From a virus (Duplodnaviria > Caudoviricetes), in IMG/VR virus record IMGVR_UViG_3300025875_000774, positions 1 through 48,973 of that record: a stretch of DNA of 48,973 nucleotides. One strand, 5' to 3'. A program made the translations under genes and the position numbers. The notes below the pieces were generated by a model. It made no database searches. It was not told where the DNA came from and saw only the letters and a list, made by a program, of their open reading frames with translations. The first letter of the stretch is position 1; each line of letters starts with the position of its first letter. This document shows positions 35,368 through 45,685 of this stretch, piece after piece.

Positions 35368-36315
35368 GTGACGCACGCGTTCCTCGCCCGCCGCACTGCC
35401 CCCCCGGAGCCGGCGCCGCAGGTCACGATCCGGGTCCTGTCGCTTGAGTCGATGGACGGCACGAAGCGGATCCAGCTGAACGGGTCGACGGGCTGGTGGC
35501 GGATGGCCGGCAGTACCGGCCTGGAGATGCCGCCGTTCGAGGTGGCCCTCGGGTCGGCCCCCGGGGTGGCCGGGGCGGTGCTGCAGGGCGTGCGGGTGCG
35601 CGAGCGGGACGTGTTCGTGCCGATGTTCACGGCGTCGAAGACGGGCCCCGTGAACCACCTGGCGATGCTCGAGCAGGTCCGCGGCCTGGTGGACCCGATG
35701 GTCGGCCAGTTCCGGCTCGTCGGGGTGACGCCGACGAGCGTGCGCGAGCTCGTGGTGATCTACCGGGAGGGCCTGGAGGGTGCGGACGGGCGCAGCGAGT
35801 CGGGCACGTATTGGCGCAAGTTCGGGCTCAAGGCGACTGCCCTGGACCCCTACGCCCGTGACCTGACCGACCGGTCGGTGGAGTCCGCCCGTGCCAGTGG
35901 TGGTCGCCCGGTGATCGGGGTGGTCGGGGGGTCCGATGCCCCGTTCCCCTTCGCGCTGTCGGGGGCGACGGTGATCGGGTCGAACATGCAGGTGAACGTG
36001 AACTCCTCGGTGCCGGTGTTCCCGGTGCTGGAGCTGGTGGGTCCGATGGACTCCTTCACCGGCTCGATGGACACGGGCTGGTCGGTGTCGGTGCCGGGTG
36101 GCCTGGCTGATGGGGAGACGATGCGCCTGGTCACCGATCCGCGCTCTAAGAGCATCCGGGTGAACGGCCAGCTGGCGGCGGGGCGGGTGGCGCGCGGGAG
36201 CGTGCTGAAGCCGTTCGTGCCGGGCGTGAACGTGCTGAACGTGACGGCGCCGGGTGCGACGACGTCGACGCTGCTGCGCCTGTCCTGGCGGGCTGGGCAT
36301 CGGTCCTTGTGGTGA
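35368..36315 (+). CDS. Distal tail / minor tail protein
   Basis: Follows TMP; GL..PP...DPY...PGVN pattern. Confidence 0.75.
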   Translation: MTHAFLARRTAPPEPAPQVTIRVLSLESMDGTKRIQLNGSTGWWRMAGSTGLEMPPFEVALGSAPGVAGAVLQGVRVRERDVFVPMFTASKTGPVNHLAMLEQVRGLVDPMVGQFRLVGVTPTSVRELVVIYREGLEGADGRSESGTYWRKFGLKATALDPYARDLTDRSVESARASGGRPVIGVVGGSDAPFPFALSGATVIGSNMQVNVNSSVPVFPVLELVGPMDSFTGSMDTGWSVSVPGGLADGETMRLVTDPRSKSIRVNGQLAAGRVARGSVLKPFVPGVNVLNVTAPGATTSTLLRLSWRAGHRSLW

Positions 36316-37511
36316 GCGCGGCCTGGGACGTCATCCCCCGTGAGGCGGACCTGACCCGCCTTCACGACCCCATCTCGGGGTGGACGAAGCTGACGCTGGT
36401 CGAGCGGCTGAACACCAACGACACGTGGGTGGTCGAGGGCCCGGCGTCGGCGCTGAGCGTGTTCGGGCCGGGGTCGGGGTGCATCCTCGACCGCGACGGC
36501 GAGCAGGTGGCCTCCGGGATCGTCACGAACGTCCACAGGATCGCTCGCGACGAGGACGGGCGCCCGATCGACAACCTCGTCGTCACGTTCGCCTCAGACC
36601 TCTTCCGCCTCGGCGGGCGCGTGGTCCTGCCAAGCCGAACCACGGTCATCGGCCCGACGATCGGCACGTTCCCCGCGGCCTACGACACCCAGACCGGGGC
36701 CGTGGAGACGCTGATCCTGTACTACCTGCGCGCCACCCTCGCCGACCTGGCGCTCACAGACCGGCGCCTGGAGCGGCTGTGGCTGCCCGCCACGCAGGGG
36801 CGCGGTGGCAGCACCCAGGTCACCGGGCGCCTGGACAACGTCGGGGTCCTCGTGCAGTCCCTCGCCGAGGCGGGGAACCTGCGCGTCACCATCGGCCACG
36901 CCGAGCAGGTCACCGGCCCGTGGCTGAACCTCGCGATCACCGCGGCCCGCGACCTGTCCGACGACGTCCGGTTCGGGTCCGCCGAGTCCACCGCCGCCGG
37001 GATCGTGTCGGGCTTCGAGTACGAGCTCGGGATCCCCACCACGACGCGGGCGCTGGTCGCCGGTGGCGGGGACCTCGCCGAGCGCATCTTCCTGCAGGTC
37101 CGCGACACTGCGGCCGAGGAGCTGTGGAACCACGTCGCCGAAACCGTCGTGGACCAGCGGCAGGTGGAGCCGGGCAGCGCGGACGCCGCTGCGGAGATGA
37201 CCCGCGCGGGGGCTGAGGCGTTGGCCTCCGGCGCCGGCCCGGTCAGCGTGTCGTTCACCCCGGTCCTCGGCCCGGACCTGGCCTACCGGCGGGACTTCGT
37301 CGTCGGCGACATCGTCGGCTACGACCTGCCCGGCCTGGACCCGGCCTCGGAGAAGGTCCGCCAGGTCACCACCACCGTCCAGGCGGGCAGCAGCGGGCCC
37401 ACCGAGTCCATCGACCTCGTCGTCGGCACCCCCGACGCGCCCACCAAGCGCACCCAAGCCCAGGCCGCGAAGGCGCTGCGTGCGGTGACAGCGATCCAGA
37501 GGAGCAAGTAG
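36312..37511 (+). CDS. Minor tail (hub, Gp37-like) protein
   Basis: VAGGG....R, YRRDFVVGDIV. Confidence 0.72.
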   Translation: MSAAWDVIPREADLTRLHDPISGWTKLTLVERLNTNDTWVVEGPASALSVFGPGSGCILDRDGEQVASGIVTNVHRIARDEDGRPIDNLVVTFASDLFRLGGRVVLPSRTTVIGPTIGTFPAAYDTQTGAVETLILYYLRATLADLALTDRRLERLWLPATQGRGGSTQVTGRLDNVGVLVQSLAEAGNLRVTIGHAEQVTGPWLNLAITAARDLSDDVRFGSAESTAAGIVSGFEYELGIPTTTRALVAGGGDLAERIFLQVRDTAAEELWNHVAETVVDQRQVEPGSADAAAEMTRAGAEALASGAGPVSVSFTPVLGPDLAYRRDFVVGDIVGYDLPGLDPASEKVRQVTTTVQAGSSGPTESIDLVVGTPDAPTKRTQAQAAKALRAVTAIQRSK

Positions 37512-38651
37512 ATGGCGCAGCGCTCAGGGCCGGTTTCCCAGGGCACCGAGGAGGAGCGTCAGCTCTCCGACGTGGACTGGCGGGACCTGTTCGGTGACGA
37601 GCCGGGCGTCTACGGCGACCTCGACGGGTCCGCGTACCGGGTGACGCTGCCCACGAACTCCGACGTCGTGCAGGTCGGGTCGGACTCCCAGCCGTCGCTG
37701 TCGCGGGTGGGTGGGTTCTTCCACCGGATCAACGCCGGTGAGGCCGAGGGTGTGGAGATTCCCGCGGCGACCGGCACGGCGCGCACTGACATCGTCGCGG
37801 TCCGTTACGACCCGACGTACACGGGCACCCCGGGTCCGTGCCGGCTGGTGCGGATCGCGGGCACCAACGTGGGTCTGCCGGCCTACGACGCGGCTCCGCC
37901 GGGAGTCGAGGATCTGCCGCTGTGGGCGGTCACCCGCCAGCCCGGGCAGGCCCTGTCGCAGGCAACGGTCCGGCTGCTGTTCTCCCGGATCGGCCCACAC
38001 TTCACCGTCCCTGACGACGCCCCGCTGCCCCCCAGCGCCCCGATGGGCTCACGGGCGCACTGGAAGGGCATCGACTACCTGCGACTACTCAGTGGCGGCT
38101 CGCCCGTGTGGAAGCCGCTTGCCTCGGATTGGCAGGACCCGAGCACCATCGCCAAGCGCGATGACCAGGGGCGGCTGCGGGCGATGCCGGCCACGGCCAG
38201 CAACCACGTGCCGACGCGCCTGCAGATGCTCGACGGCGACATCGCGGCCCGCGAGGAGGCCAAGGCCTACTTCGACGACCGGCTGGCGAACGGCGTGATC
38301 CCCAACAGCGTCGCGCTCCGCGACGACACCGGGGCAATCTTCGCCGCCGCCGCCACTCAGCCCGGCCACGCTGTGACCAAGGCCCAACTCGACGACCGCA
38401 TCCGCTCCGGCGTGTGGAACGTCCAGACCAACGCCAACGGGGACTTCACCATCCAGCTGAGCCCGGCGTTCCCCTCCGCCCTGACCGGGTTCACCCTCAC
38501 TGACGCGTCGGGCAACCTCGGCTTCGTCGGCATCAAGGCCACCCGGGGGTCCAGCGATCGAACGAAGCTGACGGGCAGGGCGTTCACCACCTCTGGCGCC
38601 GTGCTCGCGAATACGGGCATCGCTGTCGCCTTCACGGCGGACGGCCGATGA
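37512..38651 (+). CDS. Minor tail / fiber protein
   Basis: RTDIVAVRYD..LPLW baseplate-type N-terminus; two RDDxG repeats. Confidence 0.65.
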   Translation: MAQRSGPVSQGTEEERQLSDVDWRDLFGDEPGVYGDLDGSAYRVTLPTNSDVVQVGSDSQPSLSRVGGFFHRINAGEAEGVEIPAATGTARTDIVAVRYDPTYTGTPGPCRLVRIAGTNVGLPAYDAAPPGVEDLPLWAVTRQPGQALSQATVRLLFSRIGPHFTVPDDAPLPPSAPMGSRAHWKGIDYLRLLSGGSPVWKPLASDWQDPSTIAKRDDQGRLRAMPATASNHVPTRLQMLDGDIAAREEAKAYFDDRLANGVIPNSVALRDDTGAIFAAAATQPGHAVTKAQLDDRIRSGVWNVQTNANGDFTIQLSPAFPSALTGFTLTDASGNLGFVGIKATRGSSDRTKLTGRAFTTSGAVLANTGIAVAFTADGR

Positions 38652-38824
38652 GCGCCCCCGAGCCCGACGCCGCCTGGCAGCCCGAGGACGACAACCCGGC
38701 GTCCCTGGTCGGGAACGACGTGGACGACAACGACCGCGGCGACTTCCCCGAGGACGCCCAGTTCACCGACGAGCAGTGGGCGCACCTGGAGCGGGTGCGG
38801 GTCGGCGGGGGCGCAGGTGGCTGA
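38648..38824 (+). CDS. Small acidic protein
   Basis: ATGA coupling, Asp-rich. Confidence 0.45.
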   Translation: MSAPEPDAAWQPEDDNPASLVGNDVDDNDRGDFPEDAQFTDEQWAHLERVRVGGGAGG

Positions 38825-39728
38825 CTATTACCTCGCCCCCTCGCTCGTGCGCTTGCGGGCGGAGATGAACGCCCGCTGGCCCGACCGCGACCGCCTCAGC
38901 GACGGGTGGATCGCGGACGCGGCGCACAATGCGCGGACCTCGGACCACAACGCCGATCCGCACAGCACCCCCCCGGGCGTGGTGCGCGCCGTCGACGTCG
39001 ACAAGGACGGCATCGACGCCATGGGCCTCGTCCTCGCGGCCATCGCCCACCCGGCCACGAACTACGTGATCTTCAACGGGTCGATCTGGTCACGCGCCTA
39101 CCAGTTCCGGCGCCGCGTCTACACAGGCGTGAACCGGCACGACAAGCACGTGCACATCTCCATCCTCAAGTCCCGGGCAGCGGAGTACTCCACCCGGGCC
39201 TGGCTGGTCTCCGCACTGTCCAGCGCCGCCACGGCCCCCCGGCCGGCCACCTCGTACAGCCCGGCGGACGTCGCCCGGCCCATCACCATCCCGGAGGACG
39301 ACGTGACCCTCACCAAGCAGCAGGACGAAGCTCTGGCCGCGGTGTGGAACCTGCTGTGCACCCCCAAGGGGCGCGGCGCCCAGGCGATCGACCGGATCCT
39401 GGGCACCCTCCCGCAGCGGTGGTGGGTGAACCGCGACGGCAAGCAGGTCGGCGTCGCAGCCGGGACGGCCGGGGCCCAGCCCGCGCGCGTCCTGGACTCC
39501 CTCGACGGCAACTACCTCCTGGAGCAGATGGTCGCCGCCCGCGACCGGGGGGTCGCGGAAACGTCGGCCGCCTACCACCAGCTCGTGAAGCTGATCAGCG
39601 ATCAGCCTGCCTCCGGCGTGGACGTGGACGCCCTCGCCGACCGCATCATCGACGGCCTCGGCCCGCAGGTCGCTGCGGCCACCGTCGACGCCCTCGCTGC
39701 CCGCCTGACGCCGAAGGGGGCCTGGTGA
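38817..39728 (+). CDS. Endolysin (M15-like Zn peptidase)
   Basis: DGWIADAAH..SDHN..AVDVD...HDKHVHIS. Confidence 0.8.
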   Translation: MADYYLAPSLVRLRAEMNARWPDRDRLSDGWIADAAHNARTSDHNADPHSTPPGVVRAVDVDKDGIDAMGLVLAAIAHPATNYVIFNGSIWSRAYQFRRRVYTGVNRHDKHVHISILKSRAAEYSTRAWLVSALSSAATAPRPATSYSPADVARPITIPEDDVTLTKQQDEALAAVWNLLCTPKGRGAQAIDRILGTLPQRWWVNRDGKQVGVAAGTAGAQPARVLDSLDGNYLLEQMVAARDRGVAETSAAYHQLVKLISDQPASGVDVDALADRIIDGLGPQVAAATVDALAARLTPKGAW

Positions 39729-40186
39729 TGGCCGACCACGAGCTGACCGTCTCTACCGGCACCGTCGGCGCCTACTCGAAGGGCTTGCTGCAGGTCGCCG
39801 GCGCCGGGCTCGCGATCTTCGTCGCGGGCATGACGGACGACCGGATCACCGCGATCGAGACCACGCAGATCGCCGCCGCGATGGTGACGGCCCTGCTGGT
39901 GTACGTGGTGCCGAACTTCCCGGCACCGATCGTCCGGTACGCCAAGACGGCCGCCGCGGTCCTCGGTGCCATTGCCGTCGCCCTGCCCCCGTACCTGGAG
40001 TACGGCTGGTCCGGCCTGGACGGGGAGAACCTCTCGCTCGTCGCCCTGCAGGTGCTCACCGCGCTCGGGGTGTACATCGCCCCGAACACCACGCCGCTGC
40101 CGGTGGTGCAGTCCGCGGCGGGCGCCCCGGCCTTGGCCGTCGCCCCGGTCGAGGCGGCCGAGCCGTACGCCTTCGGCGGAGCCTGA
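39728..40186 (+). CDS. Holin
   Basis: About four hydrophobic helices, two VY.xPN motifs; follows lysin. Confidence 0.72.
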   Translation: MADHELTVSTGTVGAYSKGLLQVAGAGLAIFVAGMTDDRITAIETTQIAAAMVTALLVYVVPNFPAPIVRYAKTAAAVLGAIAVALPPYLEYGWSGLDGENLSLVALQVLTALGVYIAPNTTPLPVVQSAAGAPALAVAPVEAAEPYAFGGA

Positions 40187-40189
40187 GCG

Positions 40190-40717
40190 GTGGGCTCGCG
40201 CGCTGCCGCACCACCACCCACGCCGGACCGGCGCGCGAAGCCCGCCCCCCACCCGGCGGTGCAGGTCGCCCTCATCGTCTCCGCCGCGGTCGTCATCCTC
40301 GCCATCCTGGGTGCGCTCCTGTTCCTGGTCGTCACCGACCGCCAGGCGCAGATGCGGGCGTTCCTCGAAGCGATCAGCGGCCCCTCGGGGCTGCTGGCCA
40401 TCATCGGGATCGCCGTGAACACCTGGCAGAACTGGAACCTCAAGCGCCAGGGCGGGCGCAACGAGGCCCTGGCGGGTCGGGTGCTACCCGAGGTCATCCG
40501 GGAACGCACCGAGCCCCTGCAGCAGATCGCGCCCGCCCTCCCGCCGGAGCCATCCGCGCCGCCCGTACCGCACGGGGCGAGCCCCCTGGACCCCGACACC
40601 CTGCGCGAAGAACTCCTGCGCGGCCCGCGCCCACCCGAGCCGTCCTGGCACCACATCACCACCGGGACCCCGGACTACACGCGCCTACCCGAAGACCCCG
40701 CGCACCCCGGCGCCTGA
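40190..40717 (+). CDS. Membrane protein of lysis cassette
   Basis: Two hydrophobic segments, Pro-rich tail. Confidence 0.6.
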   Translation: MGSRAAAPPPTPDRRAKPAPHPAVQVALIVSAAVVILAILGALLFLVVTDRQAQMRAFLEAISGPSGLLAIIGIAVNTWQNWNLKRQGGRNEALAGRVLPEVIRERTEPLQQIAPALPPEPSAPPVPHGASPLDPDTLREELLRGPRPPEPSWHHITTGTPDYTRLPEDPAHPGA

Positions 40718-40730
40718 GCGCCCCCACTTT

Positions 40731-40767
40731 CCGCTGGCCGGTCACCGCCCCCCGGGCCGGCCAGCGG
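40731..40767 (+). terminator. Hairpin after lysis cassette
   Basis: CCGCTGGCCGG...CCGGCCAGCGG. Confidence 0.45.
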
Positions 40768-40791
40768 GCCAGGCCCCGCCTTGGAGGTCCC

Positions 40792-41244
40792 ATGCCCATC
40801 CCCACCGGCGACGGCGCCACCCTCTACGTCCACGACGGCGGGGTGGTGTTCCTCGAAGCCTCCAGCACCCTGGCCGCGAATGCCGTGGGGCAGGTGTACG
40901 CCACCCGCGAGGACGCCCTCACCAGGATCGACCCCCTGCCCGTCTTCGACCTCAACGGCTCACCCCTGCCGAGCCTGAAGGCCAGCCCCCTGGGTGCATT
41001 GGCTCCGTACATGACGACCGTCGTGCGGGGCTTCACCTCCTTCGGGTCCGTCATCGAGCCGGTGTACAGCCTGGAAGGGCTGTTCGCCCTCTATGACCTC
41101 ATGGCCGCCCGCCTCGCCGTGGTCGAAGCAAGCGGCGGCGGCGGCAGTGGCGGCGGCGAAGACCCCGGTACCGGCACCCCCTCGGCCGGCGACCGCTACC
41201 CCGCCGACGACCGCTACCCCGCCGACGACCGCTACCCCTCCTGA
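40792..41244 (+). CDS. Putative virion appendage adaptor with DRYPAD repeats
   Basis: GGAGG RBS; 18-bp tandem repeat at 41191-41238. Confidence 0.6.
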   Translation: MPIPTGDGATLYVHDGGVVFLEASSTLAANAVGQVYATREDALTRIDPLPVFDLNGSPLPSLKASPLGALAPYMTTVVRGFTSFGSVIEPVYSLEGLFALYDLMAARLAVVEASGGGGSGGGEDPGTGTPSAGDRYPADDRYPADDRYPS

Positions 41245-41259
41245 GCGACTGGAGCCCCC

Positions 41260-41589
41260 ATGCCCACCTTTTCCACGCCACTGCCTGGTGACGCGGCCCC
41301 CGGCAAGGCCGGGATCAGCGACGACATCGACAAGCTCACCGCCGCCATCGCCGAACTGCGCGAGGAGGTCGCTAACACCGTCGATCAGGGCATGTTCAAC
41401 TCGGGCCTGGCGGACGTGCAGGGCACCGTCTCTGACGCCGTGGGCTCCTGGCGGGCCACCGACGGCGGCATCTTCGCCGGCGACCGGCCCGACTTCTCTC
41501 AGGTCCTCATGACGGGCCGGGACTCCTCGGACTACTCCGCCGCGCAGGTCGGCGACATCCGTCTGCGCGTGCCGGACGCGAACGCATGA
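41260..41589 (+). CDS. Hypothetical protein
   Basis: GGAG RBS, coupled to next gene. Confidence 0.6.
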   Translation: MPTFSTPLPGDAAPGKAGISDDIDKLTAAIAELREEVANTVDQGMFNSGLADVQGTVSDAVGSWRATDGGIFAGDRPDFSQVLMTGRDSSDYSAAQVGDIRLRVPDANA

Positions 41590-42926
41590 CCGTCACCGAG
41601 GTCCGCACCACCAAGGGGTGGTTCGCGCCGTCCGCCGTCGCGGCGACCCCGCCGATCAGCGGCGTCGACCTGTCCCTGATCTCCGTCGTCGTGCCCGAGG
41701 CGACGCTGACCGTGAACTCGGTGCTCATCAACGCGGTCACGTCCAAGAAGGCGTGGCGCACCACCTACTACGGCACCGACCCTGTTGCCCTCGGCGCGTT
41801 CGCGCCTACCGCGTCGGGGCAGACCCCGCCGTCCGGGGTGAGCATCCAGCCAGGCAACGCCTACCGCACCGAGCAGAACCCGCAGCTGAGCGGGCTCGCG
41901 GCGGGCACGAAGTACTACTACCGGTTCCTGTTCGTCGACGAGCAGGGGGGCCGGCTGCTCGACAACGTCCGCTCCTTCACCACCGACGTGGAGGTCGTGC
42001 CCGGGGGCGGCGGGGGCGGAGGCGTCATCCCGCCCGTCAGCGACGGCACCGGCGCCAAGCTGCAGTGGCGCCCCCATCCGGACTACCGCTCCTTCAAGAT
42101 CCGCAACGTGACGGCGGGCAAGAACAGCCTCGACGTCGGCACCGACTACCTGCTGGTGTGGCCGGACACCCCGCTGCGCTCAGGGGTCCAGATCGTCGGC
42201 GGGCGCAACATCGCCTCCTTCGGCGGCCACATCCAGCCCACCACGCTGAACAGCCCCGGCCAGCGCGGCGTCCAGATCCATGGAGGCGCCTCCGGCAACA
42301 GCAACCGCCTCATCCACATTGAGGGTCTGCTGATCAACGGTGAGATCAACGAGGGCGTCAACATCGACCTCAACGGTGGCCTCAATGTCGAGATCCACCT
42401 GTCGAACATGCTGATCGGCTCCTCGTCCCGCCCCTTGCACGGCACCTACTCCGGTCACCACGCCGACCTCGTGCAGTGGTGGAACGGCCCGCACAAATTG
42501 ATGATCGACGGCCTCACCGGTTACACCGACTACCAGGGCTTCATGATGCAGCCCCACCAGTTCGCGCCCTACAACAACAGGACGAGCCCGGCGCCGAGCT
42601 TCACGAACCGCTGGTACAAGGAAACGTGGACCAGCTGGTTCCGCAACATCATGATCGTCCAGACGGGCAGCGGCAGCATCGCCTACAACGCCCAGGTCGG
42701 AGCGCCCTACAACCCCACCGGCACCGCCAAGAACCAGAGCAAGCACTACAGCGACAACTGCTGGTACACGGTGACGCCTGCTAATCGCACCAACAACGTT
42801 TTCCACAGCAACAGCACCTCCTGGCCGCAGCCGACTTTCGGGTCCTGGCAGCGGGGGTTCAACACCGCGATCGCGAAGACCCCCTCCCAGGTGGGCATCG
42901 GCTACATCTCCCCCGGCTACGTCTGA
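41586..42926 (+). CDS. FN3-like plus probable beta-helix (depolymerase-like) protein
   Basis: LSGLAAGTKYYYR FN3 motif; Gly linker; Asn/Ile-rich region with HADLVQ. Confidence 0.6.
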   Translation: MTVTEVRTTKGWFAPSAVAATPPISGVDLSLISVVVPEATLTVNSVLINAVTSKKAWRTTYYGTDPVALGAFAPTASGQTPPSGVSIQPGNAYRTEQNPQLSGLAAGTKYYYRFLFVDEQGGRLLDNVRSFTTDVEVVPGGGGGGGVIPPVSDGTGAKLQWRPHPDYRSFKIRNVTAGKNSLDVGTDYLLVWPDTPLRSGVQIVGGRNIASFGGHIQPTTLNSPGQRGVQIHGGASGNSNRLIHIEGLLINGEINEGVNIDLNGGLNVEIHLSNMLIGSSSRPLHGTYSGHHADLVQWWNGPHKLMIDGLTGYTDYQGFMMQPHQFAPYNNRTSPAPSFTNRWYKETWTSWFRNIMIVQTGSGSIAYNAQVGAPYNPTGTAKNQSKHYSDNCWYTVTPANRTNNVFHSNSTSWPQPTFGSWQRGFNTAIAKTPSQVGIGYISPGYV

Positions 42927-42942
42927 GAGGCGCTGCACACTC

Positions 42943-45654
42943 ATGGTTTCGATCGTTCAGCAGGCCGCCGCAGACGGTGTCGACACGGGCACCGAGGCCC
43001 GCCGGTGCGCCCTGGTCCTGCCCAAGGCGCCCCTGGTGGGGCACGTGCTCATCGCTGCGGTGGGCATCGACAAGTCCGCCGGCGCGTTCAACGCCCCGCC
43101 GGCCGGGTGGTCGTGGCTGGGTGACCCGCGTGTGCAGGCTTCGGTGTCCCAGGCCGTCGCGTGGCGCGTCGCGGACGGCAGCGCAACGGACCTGGCGTGC
43201 ACCCTCAGCTGGACCAGCGCCGTCAACCACGAGGGCCTGATCTTCGAGGTCGACGCGATCTCCAGCGGCACCCCCGTGGCGGTCGTCAACCCGGCGAGCG
43301 AGACGGCCACGAACACGATCACCGTGGACGCCGGATCCGCAGACGCCGACGGGTTCGCGCTGTCCTTCTGGTCCCAGGACTCTGAGGACAACGCCAACAA
43401 CGTCACCTACTCCGGGTCCTACCTCCCGCTGGTCTCCACCGTCGCCGCGACCGGCACCGGCGGCGCGAACGTCTTCGTCGCCGGCAAGAACCTCGCCGAC
43501 AGCGGCTCCACCGTGGTCACGGTCACCGCGACCACGTCGGACCAGACGACGATGCGCGTGGCCCGGTTCCCCGCGACCCTCACCCAGACCGCCACCAACA
43601 CCTCCAGCGCCCTGCTGTCGCGGGTGGTGGGCATCCCGACCGCCACCACGGTCACCGTGACCGCCCGGGTCGCCGGCACCACCAGCGCCCGCCTACGCCT
43701 GGCCACGGACGCAGCCCTCACCCAGGGCGTCGTCACCGGCCCCTCCACGACGCCCGACGCCCGCGGGGTCGCGACGCTCACCGCGTCCGGGCTGGCATCT
43801 GGGACGCGCTACTACTACCGCGTGGAGATGACCGGCCCGACCGGCACCGCCACCGACACCGGCCCCATCGGGCGGGTCCGCACCGCCCGCACCGGGCAGG
43901 CCAGCTTCGCGTTCTGCTTCGGGTCCTGCACCAACGCCTCCGACTCCGAGGCCATGGCCGCGATCGCCGCCCGGGGCGATGACCTGTTCTTCCACCTCGG
44001 CGACCTGTACTACGCCGACGGGTCCGGCACCGGCGTGCAGAACGTGCGCGACAAGATGAACGCGAAGATCACCGCCCCCAACCACGCAGCGGTGTTCTCC
44101 ACCATCGCCACCGGGTACGCCGGCAGCGACCACGACGCCATGAACAACGGCTCCACCCTCGCCTCGAACCCCACTGGCATCGCCAGCTGGAACACCGCCT
44201 ACCGCGAGCTGTTCCCCACCCCGCCCCTGGCCGCCGCGGGCGGGGTCTACTTCTCCTACGCGTGGGGCCGGGTGCGGTTCATCCACCTCGACACCCGCTC
44301 CTACAAGAGCGGGTCCACCGCGCTGGGCTCCACCCAGAAGCAGTGGCTCAAGACCCAGGTCGCCACCGCTACCGAGCCGGTCATCGTCATCGTCCAGGGC
44401 GACTCCGGGTGGGTCGGCACCTCCGACTCCGACCAGTGGTCGGGGTACTCCGCTGAGCGCACCGAGCTCGGGGAGTTCTTCGCGAACAGCGGCAAGAACA
44501 TCGCGATGCTGGCCGGCGACGCGCACATGCTTGCCGCGCATGCCGGCGGGTCGGCGTCCCCTGGTGGGATTGCGGTCTTCCAGGCCGCGCCGCTGAACAA
44601 CGGGGCCTCCCGCAAGGGCGGCCCGTGGACGGCTGGGCCCTACCCCGCCTCGGGCAGCGACCGGGTCTCCCAGTACGGGCGCATCGCGGTCACCGACACC
44701 GGCTCCCAGATCGCCCTCGCCTACACCGGCTACTCCGCTGACGGCACCCAGCGGGTGACCCTGACCAAGACGTACGCGACCACGACCACGACGGGTCCGG
44801 TCACCCCGCCTCCGGACAGCAGTGCCGTGGCGACGGCGGTGAAGGCGTGGCGGCGCACGAGCGTCGCGACGTCCAGCAGCTCCCTCGCGGTGCTGCTGCC
44901 CGCGGCCGGCGACGGGGAGAACCAGTGGCGCTTCGACGCCACCCGCAGTCAGCAGGTCGTCATCGCGGTTGCCACCGGGGCGGGGTCCATCACCCAGGGC
45001 CCGGCCGTCCCTTCGGGGTGGACGGAGGTGGTGCCCCCGGTCGTCTCCGGCGCAGGGGCAACCCTGGCCTTGTACCGGCGGGCCGCGGTCGCGGGGGATG
45101 AGGGCAAGTCCGTCACCGTCACGTTCGCCGACTCCCTGTCCCACCGCAGCGCGATCGCCCTAGTCGTGGAGGGCGCCACCGCCCTGAACGGCACCCCGGT
45201 CTCGCGCAAGGACTCCTACACGACCAACGTGACCGCCGGGGGCATGACCCTCACGCAGACACCGGGTCTGGTACTGCAGGCCGGGGTGGTCCGTCACGAC
45301 GCGTCGGCGACGCCGATCAGCTTCGAGCGCACCAGCGCCGGGGACGCCGCGACGCCGGACACCTACCCCGACGGCTACCAGGGCGTCCAGGTGTCCTCCA
45401 ACGCCACCAGCCGCAACGCGGCCCTGGTCCTGGCGTGGCGCACCGAGCAGACCGCGACCGCGGTCCCCGCGACGGTGTTCAAGGCCTCCTACGCCGGGCC
45501 GTGGGCGGCCGCCCAGTACGCCTACACCTCCCTCGGCGCGACGCAGGCGCCTCCGGATGCCCAGGCCCTTGCCCAGTGGGAGGTCCTCACGCCGGAGGGC
45601 GTGTGGGCGCCCGCGGTGCTCGAGGTGCTGTGCCCCGACGGCGCATGGCGCTGA
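42943..45654 (+). CDS. PhoD-family phosphatase/phosphodiesterase chimera with flanking beta-rich domains
   Basis: FGSC, HLGDLYYAD, DHD, DTRSY, LGSTQKQWL, W.GY..ER, GDAH; FN3 GLASGTRYYYR. Confidence 0.85.
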   Translation: MVSIVQQAAADGVDTGTEARRCALVLPKAPLVGHVLIAAVGIDKSAGAFNAPPAGWSWLGDPRVQASVSQAVAWRVADGSATDLACTLSWTSAVNHEGLIFEVDAISSGTPVAVVNPASETATNTITVDAGSADADGFALSFWSQDSEDNANNVTYSGSYLPLVSTVAATGTGGANVFVAGKNLADSGSTVVTVTATTSDQTTMRVARFPATLTQTATNTSSALLSRVVGIPTATTVTVTARVAGTTSARLRLATDAALTQGVVTGPSTTPDARGVATLTASGLASGTRYYYRVEMTGPTGTATDTGPIGRVRTARTGQASFAFCFGSCTNASDSEAMAAIAARGDDLFFHLGDLYYADGSGTGVQNVRDKMNAKITAPNHAAVFSTIATGYAGSDHDAMNNGSTLASNPTGIASWNTAYRELFPTPPLAAAGGVYFSYAWGRVRFIHLDTRSYKSGSTALGSTQKQWLKTQVATATEPVIVIVQGDSGWVGTSDSDQWSGYSAERTELGEFFANSGKNIAMLAGDAHMLAAHAGGSASPGGIAVFQAAPLNNGASRKGGPWTAGPYPASGSDRVSQYGRIAVTDTGSQIALAYTGYSADGTQRVTLTKTYATTTTTGPVTPPPDSSAVATAVKAWRRTSVATSSSSLAVLLPAAGDGENQWRFDATRSQQVVIAVATGAGSITQGPAVPSGWTEVVPPVVSGAGATLALYRRAAVAGDEGKSVTVTFADSLSHRSAIALVVEGATALNGTPVSRKDSYTTNVTAGGMTLTQTPGLVLQAGVVRHDASATPISFERTSAGDAATPDTYPDGYQGVQVSSNATSRNAALVLAWRTEQTATAVPATVFKASYAGPWAAAQYAYTSLGATQAPPDAQALAQWEVLTPEGVWAPAVLEVLCPDGAWR

Positions 45655-45685
45655 CCTTCTTCCCTCGGCCCTGGAGGCACACCTC

